Shown here: piece by piece, positions 57,961 to 64,000 of the stretch
Layout: the number at the start of each line of letters is the position of its first letter
Numbering within the stretch: the first letter of the stretch is position 1
Assembly: GCA_963794945.1 (NCBI GenBank)
Contig: CAWCFT010000004.1
Location: forward strand, 1 to 64,000
From: Endomicrobiales bacterium
GTDB taxonomy: Bacteria > Elusimicrobiota > Endomicrobiia > Endomicrobiales > CAWCFT01
DNA: 64,000 nt
Direction: 5' to 3'
Position numbers and translations under genes: made by a program
The notes under the pieces: generated by a model
The model's database searches: none
Seen by the model: only the letters and a program-made list of their open reading frames with translations
Told to the model about the DNA's origin: nothing

Positions 57961-58035
57961 GCCGTCTTTGCGAACCCGAAGGGTGAAGCAATCTCGTTTT
58001 TCGACTAAACAACAAGATTGCCGAGTCGCTTCGCT
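57961..58035. repeat. REP-like doublet, inverted partial copy of 56450-56537
   Basis: Reverse-complement match over ~75 bp. Confidence 0.72.
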
Positions 58036-58152
58036 GCATGCGTTAAGGATTTCATCCTTAATGGCCCAACATCGCACAAAGACACCTAAAAATGGGTTTT
58101 TCAACGATCTCAAATTAAGGTTAATAGCTCATTACTAAATTATTTTTGATTT

Positions 58153-58847
58153 TTAATTCTTGATATTTGATATTGCTGCTCCTGAAAGGAGCTCCGGGTC
58201 CTGCTTCTGCAAATATTTAACTACCAGAGCGGTGATCACCGCTTCTATCCAGCCGAATATTAGAAGATGTTCGCCGGACATTGCTGTCAGCGCGACCTTC
58301 AAGCCGTAGGGACAATAAAGCGCCTGGCCGGAAGGAGTGTGATGCAGGATAGGCTGGATACCGAACTCTATGCCTGCCATCAGCGCCGCCGCGTTAATTC
58401 CAATATACCGCGATTCCAGCGGCGACAACCCTTCTGCCTGAAGTTGCGGTAGAATTGTAACTTATCAAACGGTAAACATAATACCCGACGAACACCAGTA
58501 CGAACGCCATATTGAACGAATTCGCACCCAGCGCAGTGAATGCCGCCGTCGCCGAACAAAAGAGCCTGGACAACTAGAGCCACGGTGACCGCAATGCAAG
58601 CGGCCCACGGGCCAAGAAGTATAGCAACAAGCACTCCGCCAACTGCGTGCCCTGTTGTGCCGCCAGGTATGGGCACGTTAAACATCATGATAAGGAAGCT
58701 GAATGCGGCGCCTATCGCAAGCAGCGGCACCTGTTTGGCTTTCAATGTCTTCTTTGCCATCTTAGAAGCGAACGCCCACACAGCAGCCATTACCACATAA
58801 AAAAAACCACTCGTGGTGGGGCCCAGATATCCATCGGGAATATGCAT
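58153..58847 (-). CDS. cbiM: ECF Co/Ni transporter S component (frameshift at ~58539)
   Basis: MHIPDG N-terminus, GTTGHAVG, QALLFGDGG; removing one T restores ITALGANSFNMA and joins ORF 58153..58428. Confidence 0.9.
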
Positions 58848-59043
58848 TTGATCTGATCCTCTTAGATAGTGAAACTCCGCCAGCAGGAGATGGCGGCTTC
58901 TTTTACTACACCAACAACCTGCGTGTCGCCTTCGACGACCGCCAATCCATCCCCAAGCAGGAGCTTGGGGGTTTAACGTGGCGGACTAAAATATCTTTTC
59001 GCTATACCCGTGCGGAAAGACGGATTGGCTGGAAATGCTGAGC

Positions 59044-60310
59044 TCATTCCCCTTCCAGCGGTTCCAGTTTCGGAGGTTTATTGGCGGACGCGCGGGTGGC
59101 ATCCCATTCAGCGCGGGTCTTTGCCAGGTCAGCCGCAGGATATTTTTGAAGTACGTTAAAATAATCCTGCTGAAGAGGGTCCTTGAGCACGTCGGCCTCT
59201 TTTTTACACTGCACTACGAACACAAACTGAATGCACTGGTGGTCGAAATCCCGCCAGGTCTCCGCATCTTTAAGCAGCGTGAATGTGTGGCCTTCTAAAG
59301 CTTTTATCACCTTTGCTACATCAAAGCTCTTCGCTCGCTCCACGGCGCTTTTATACTCGTACAAATTTGTATAAGCGGTGCTTGCTCCCCAGCAAGGATA
59401 CTGATTATATCTTTTCACAAACTTTTCAACGAATTTTATGCCTCTTTCATAATTATACTTGTACGGCACTCTCCAGTTCCAGTCGCTGCCTCCGTAGACT
59501 CCCTCCATGACCTTCGGCCCAGCTCCGATGGCCAGGTTTAATTCAAGTACGGGGACGACGAACTGGCACTTCTCTTTTAAGCCCGCCTCGGTAGCCATGC
59601 GGATCATCTTTGACATATCGCCCCCGAACTGCACCATGACCAGCACGTCGGGATTGGCTTTTTTGGCCAACACGATAGCGCTCGCGAAGTTCTCATCAGA
59701 AGCGGGGAAAGGGGTTCTTACGCTCTGGTGCACATTCGTGTCCGTTGTGCCTGTGAACTTGCGCAGGGAATCTTCGCAGCTTATCCCCCACGAATAACCC
59801 GCTGTGATATAGAAATATTTTTTGCCGCTGAACTTTGTTTTCAGATATTCCCCAAGCGCTTTCGCGCCCATCCAGGCGTTGTAACAGGCCCGGAACGTAT
59901 GGCGGTGCGCGTTTTCATCAGTTATATCATTCGAGGCAGTTACAGTGCCCATAAAAAGCATGCCTTTTTCCTGGCATATCTGGCTTGACATGGCAGCGAC
60001 CGCGCTGGACGCTCCGCCAAAGATCATAGTAACGCCTTCGGCTATCATTATGTACACGTTTTGCCTTGTCGTATCCACTCTCGACATGGAATCGCGCTTG
60101 ACCAGAACTATTTTTTTACCAAGTACGCCGCCCGCGGCGTTTATCTCTTCCACGGCTATATCTGCGGCTCTTTCCTCGTCTAACCCCTGTTTCGCGTACG
60201 GTCCCGTTCTGCGGAAAATTTAATCCGATCTTTACCGCGTCTTCCGCGGCGGCAGCATTAACGGCTAACGCAAGCATGACAAACAGAGAATAAACTATCT
60301 TTCTCAACAT
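59044..60310 (-). CDS. LivJ-like (branched-chain amino acid type) ABC substrate-binding protein (frameshift at ~60208)
   Basis: Signal peptide; VKIGLNFPQTGPYA after removing one A; EEINAAGGVLGKKI; GGASSAVA. Confidence 0.88.
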
Positions 60311-60402
60311 AAATTAAAATCTCCTTAATGTTTTTACAATCGCATTGTTAATTGGAATTATAGCAAATTATTTCAGCAAAACCAGACGAAACAGCGCCTT
60401 GT

Positions 60403-60807
60403 TTATTTTATATTTTGAACTTCTCTCATCGACTGCTGTCTGAAAGCAGCAAGCAGGCGGTCTATTTTGTCCTGCGGCATGCCTTTTATGTAGTCGGAAA
60501 TTATAAGAAGGGCATCCACCACGCTGATGTTAATATTGTCTTTGTCCGCGTAGAACCTGTTTACCGACATCTCTATCTTTTCCACATCCTGCGACAAAAT
60601 TCCATCGTAAGCGTTGACCAGTTTGGTTTTTGGGTTCGCGCTGCCCAGCAGGACGACCGAATCCTCCACAGCTTTTATGTAAACGGCCTTGCTGGTATTA
60701 TCGAGGTCCTTCCAAGCCTGGCCGCGTATTACGTCATTAAGCGGGTTGGCTGAAATGAACGCCAGCGGCAGTAACAGAACAAAAAAGCAGAGTATTGATT
60801 TTTTCAT
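60403..60807 (-). CDS. Hypothetical secreted protein
   Basis: 134-aa ORF with signal-like N-terminus, GAGG RBS, co-oriented in the operon. Confidence 0.65.
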   Translation of the reverse strand: MKKSILCFFVLLLPLAFISANPLNDVIRGQAWKDLDNTSKAVYIKAVEDSVVLLGSANPKTKLVNAYDGILSQDVEKIEMSVNRFYADKDNINISVVDALLIISDYIKGMPQDKIDRLLAAFRQQSMREVQNIK

Positions 60808-60824
60808 CTGGCACCTCGGGATAG

Positions 60825-61373
60825 TTATGGTTTTTCTACAGGCTCAAATTTCTCGAAATATCTGTCCATGACCCTTGTTTTACCGAACGGCAGATGGCCG
60901 CGCAGAAGCGACAACTGATGCGAGGCCACCGCTTTAGGCTCTTTATCGACAACTCGTTTCCAGATAGCAGCCGCCAGGCCCGAGCGGTCCGCGCCGCCAA
61001 GACAGTGTATGAGGATGGGCCGCGGGGCGGTTTTGAATATTTGCAGTATTTCTTCGATATCCTTATCTGTCGGCTCGCTTAACGCTGACAGAGCAATATC
61101 GTAATGCGTTATGCAGCGGGCCGTGCTGACATCCAGCTCGTCTTTATACCACGCGGAATCCGGCTCTTTACCGCGCAGATTTAGTATGCTCTTTATTTTG
61201 TATTTGTCCGTGTAATATTTCAGTTGTTCTTTGTCGAGCTGAGCGGAGCGGTAAGCTTCTCCCGGGGTAACGGTATGAAAATTACCGGCATTGAAGTTGT
61301 ACTGCCAATAAATCCCAGCTGTTAGCGCGGTCAACAGGATAAATGCTGACGTGTATTTGACTATTTTGCTCAT
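60825..61373 (-). CDS. Tyrosine/dual-specificity phosphatase family protein
   Basis: YRSAQ, ILNLRG and HCLGGADRSG (CX5R) motifs; N-terminal TM segment. Confidence 0.88.
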   Translation of the reverse strand: MSKIVKYTSAFILLTALTAGIYWQYNFNAGNFHTVTPGEAYRSAQLDKEQLKYYTDKYKIKSILNLRGKEPDSAWYKDELDVSTARCITHYDIALSALSEPTDKDIEEILQIFKTAPRPILIHCLGGADRSGLAAAIWKRVVDKEPKAVASHQLSLLRGHLPFGKTRVMDRYFEKFEPVEKP

Positions 61374-61374
61374 A

Positions 61375-62238
61375 CTATTTTAGTTCATCAACCGCAGAGT
61401 CAGCGTATTCCGCTTTTGGGAACACAAATTTTTTGGTAAGCCACGTTAGTACAAGAAGCACTAGGAACACGGCCACTATTGTCGGGCCCGGTGACCAGTC
61501 AAAACGCAAAGAGGTTTCTATACCGGCCACGCAGCCGATAAGGCCGAAAATCCAGCCGAATACGATACGTTTCGCGGTCCCCTCAGTGGCCAATACGGCC
61601 GCTACCGCCGGGATTATCAGGAACGCGAAAACAAGCAAAACTCCCGCCACCTTGACAGATGATGTGACCACAAAGCCGAACGTGGCGTAAAAAATGAAAT
61701 CCCACCACCATATCTTCATGCCTTTGTTCCTGGCTTCTTCCGGATTTTCGGTCACCAGAAGCAGCGGCTTCCTTGCCAGCCAGTGGATAAAACCTACGGT
61801 AGAATACAGCACCGCAATGAAGATCACCTCTTTAGGCGATACGGTAAGAATAGACCCTGTGAGCATCTCCTTTATTTCTTCGGTTCCTGTCGCGGAATGC
61901 TCAAGTACAAGGAGCGACAAAGCAATAGCTCCGGCATATGTTATACCGATCAGAGCTTCCACAGGCACCTTTTCGCGCTTGCTCCTGAAAAATACGAACA
62001 GCAGCGCGCCCATAAGGGTAAAGCTCAGTGAGATAATATAGTTCTGCACCGGGAATTCAGTTCCCCATCCTATGAGAACACCCACGCTTGAGCCAAGGGC
62101 AGCCACCTGCGCGAGAGAGAGATCGACAAAAATTACACCGCGTCTGACCACGTGGTACCCTAAATATGTGTGGATACCAGTAAGAATAAGGCAAACCAGC
62201 AGCGCGACCATTACAAATTGGTACTGAAAAATCATCAT
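61375..62238 (-). CDS. Metal ABC transporter permease (ZnuB/MntB-like)
   Basis: LGYHVVRRGVIFVDLSLAQ and GVLLVFAFLIIPA; AGGAG RBS before ATG 62238. Confidence 0.88.
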   Translation of the reverse strand: MMIFQYQFVMVALLVCLILTGIHTYLGYHVVRRGVIFVDLSLAQVAALGSSVGVLIGWGTEFPVQNYIISLSFTLMGALLFVFFRSKREKVPVEALIGITYAGAIALSLLVLEHSATGTEEIKEMLTGSILTVSPKEVIFIAVLYSTVGFIHWLARKPLLLVTENPEEARNKGMKIWWWDFIFYATFGFVVTSSVKVAGVLLVFAFLIIPAVAAVLATEGTAKRIVFGWIFGLIGCVAGIETSLRFDWSPGPTIVAVFLVLLVLTWLTKKFVFPKAEYADSAVDELK

Positions 62239-62376
62239 AGTAAAACTCCTGTATAAAATATTAAAAATCAAATGTAAAATATCAAAATTATGGTGTTCGC
62301 CTGCGGCGAACTATCTAAATAAGCCGCTGCAAGGTGCACATTAATTTTGATCTTTGATTCTTGATATTTGATTGTA

Positions 62377-63252
62377 TCATTTTGTTATTTGATCAATTAT
62401 TTGGTCAAAATAATCCAGATACGAACCGGCCTTTACATCCGCGCAGGACGGAGATACTTTGAACACTTTTATCCCTGTCTCGCGCGCAAGGAACTGGGGC
62501 GCGTCATCAGGAAAATAGGGCTCCTGAAAAAGTATTGTAGCGTTGTTCTTCTTGATGATGTCTATCAACGCCGCAAGGTGTTTGCCAGTAGGCGGTATGC
62601 CCGGCAGTGGTTCCACATAACCGGCAATACTTAGGTTAAAGACATGCGCAAAATAGACCCACGATGAATGATAGCCTATTATTTTCTTCCCATCTAGCTT
62701 GGCCATTTTTGTTTTCCACCCGACCATACGGTTCTCGGTATCCTGTTTGAACGCCTCGAAATTCTTATCATAATAAGCGGCATTGGCAACGTCAACTTTC
62801 TTCAGGGCCTCAAGGATGTTTGAGGCAATGATTATCCCATTCTCGGGGTCAAGCCAGTAGTGCGGATTGCCTCCTGGATGAACGTCCCCCATGATGGCGC
62901 TGATCTGTCCGGGTTTTTCGAGAACTGACACGCCGTTGGAGCAATCTACAACCAGCAGTTTGTCGTTGTGGGAACCGTCGGCTATTTCGTCCGACCACTG
63001 GTCGAGGAAGAGCCCAACCTTTAAGTAGATGTTTGCCCGCGACACTTTTATCATGTATGACGGAAGCACCTCTACCACATGTGGGTTTGCGTTGCCTTTA
63101 GCAATCGAGAACACCTCCACCTTGTCGCCGCCTATGTACGACGCTATGGAACCTAGAACCGGCAGCGCCGCCGCGATCTTTATGGGTGCAGCATAAAGCG
63201 TTCCGAACACAGTCAACATTAATGCTGCTAATACAAATAAGCACTTTTTCAT
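62377..63252 (-). CDS. Metal ABC transporter substrate-binding protein (ZnuA/TroA-like)
   Basis: NPH, DVHPGGNPHYWLDP, YHSSWVYF, EPLPGIPPT. Confidence 0.92.
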   Translation of the reverse strand: MKKCLFVLAALMLTVFGTLYAAPIKIAAALPVLGSIASYIGGDKVEVFSIAKGNANPHVVEVLPSYMIKVSRANIYLKVGLFLDQWSDEIADGSHNDKLLVVDCSNGVSVLEKPGQISAIMGDVHPGGNPHYWLDPENGIIIASNILEALKKVDVANAAYYDKNFEAFKQDTENRMVGWKTKMAKLDGKKIIGYHSSWVYFAHVFNLSIAGYVEPLPGIPPTGKHLAALIDIIKKNNATILFQEPYFPDDAPQFLARETGIKVFKVSPSCADVKAGSYLDYFDQIIDQITK

Positions 63253-63315
63253 TTTATTACCTCTTATTTTTTGTTTTTATCTTACCACTTACACCTTATC
63301 GCTTACCACTGTATT

Positions 63316-64000
63316 TTAATATTGGTGCGCCTTATGCGGCCCCATGCTGAACAACACTTGCAGCATAACGGTGTGGTCTACCGGCGCGGCCTGCGGAACA
63401 TAATTCTCGTACGTAAGGCGGAACAATGTCGTTTCTTCCAGTAACGAGAAGTTCAGGAAAGCTTTAATCGCTTTGTTGATAAAGCCGGGGTTCTCGACAG
63501 GGTTGAACTGGTCGTAAATTAACCCTCCGTTCCACCTCTCCCAGAAAGCCATGTCGCCGAACGCATAAAAGCCGGACCTGCCTTCGTGGCTGGAAGCGCC
63601 GGTTGCCGTGTTGCTAACCAGATCGCTCTGGTTGTTATAATATTCGCCCTGCAGCGTAAGTTTTGTGGTAACCGCGAGCGGTATCTTTGTTTTGAAATCC
63701 GCGCCGTAAACGGTTGTTTTTGTTCCCCACTGCACGCTGTTCGTCCCCTGCGTTGCCGACATTCCTATCTCAAGGGGCGTGACGTCATTTATAAGGAAAG
63801 AGTTGCTCCAGCGGCCCAGCCACCCGCTTGCGGATTGCGTTTCGTCCGGATGGAACGCCGATCCGTCGTTATAATCGAACGATAGCACAGATGCCCAGCT
63901 TCCCGGTAGAGGCAGCAGGTACGATACCTGTGCGGCAGTTTCATTATAACCGTCATCGCCAGCGGGCATCGGCAGCATAGAAGTTAACACGCGCGGCGCC
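63316..64000 (-). CDS. Putative outer-membrane beta-barrel of the metal-uptake operon (5' end outside the window)
   Basis: Alternating beta-strand pattern (YGADF, LQGEYY, GFYAF, FRLTYE); ends FSMGPHKAHQY. Confidence 0.7.
   Translation of the reverse strand, partial: APRVLTSMLPMPAGDDGYNETAAQVSYLLPLPGSWASVLSFDYNDGSAFHPDETQSASGWLGRWSNSFLINDVTPLEIGMSATQGTNSVQWGTKTTVYGADFKTKIPLAVTTKLTLQGEYYNNQSDLVSNTATGASSHEGRSGFYAFGDMAFWERWNGGLIYDQFNPVENPGFINKAIKAFLNFSLLEETTLFRLTYENYVPQAAPVDHTVMLQVLFSMGPHKAHQY

Noticed and set aside
12009..60310. Mass pseudogenisation or programmed frameshifting
   Set aside because: Breaks are isolated small indels in otherwise intact genes, including transporter and repair genes, several at one motif or in short homopolymers; sequencing error is more parsimonious, though unverified.

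Overview
Bacterial chromosomal segment in which every supported gene except one IS transposase lies on the minus strand. Gene content (PorV/PorQ-like barrels, FlgD/T9SS-like C-terminal domains, a lone FliG-containing gene) suggests a diderm such as Elusimicrobiota; this is inference, as no marker gene is present. In transcription order (right to left): metal uptake genes (outer-membrane barrel, ZnuA/ZnuB-like, LivJ-like SBP, CbiMNQO/NikMNQO ECF transporter); a PD-(D/E)XK nuclease plus AddA/AddB-like helicase-nuclease genes, with a REP-flanked GIY-YIG gene disrupted by an IS4-family element; then a ~46 kb cell-surface locus. That locus holds a MerR-receiver regulator, large secreted repeat proteins, four proteins sharing a pilin-like domain, two chaperone-like Ig proteins, two CTD-cargo/barrel pairs, a two-component pair, an orphan FliF-FliG fusion, glycosyltransferases, a radical SAM enzyme and a >2600-aa beta-helix protein with near-perfect 1350-bp tandem repeats. 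The strongest unexplained signal is a ~1.2 kb non-coding array (32862-34040) of 12 hairpins whose stems differ but whose apical 12-mer (CTC-CCCGCA-GAG) is invariant. About 15 reading-frame breaks look like long-read indel errors. Five of them, plus one IS end, share the signature CAGAC read as CAGAAC. All product calls come from motif recognition by eye; no database searches were run.
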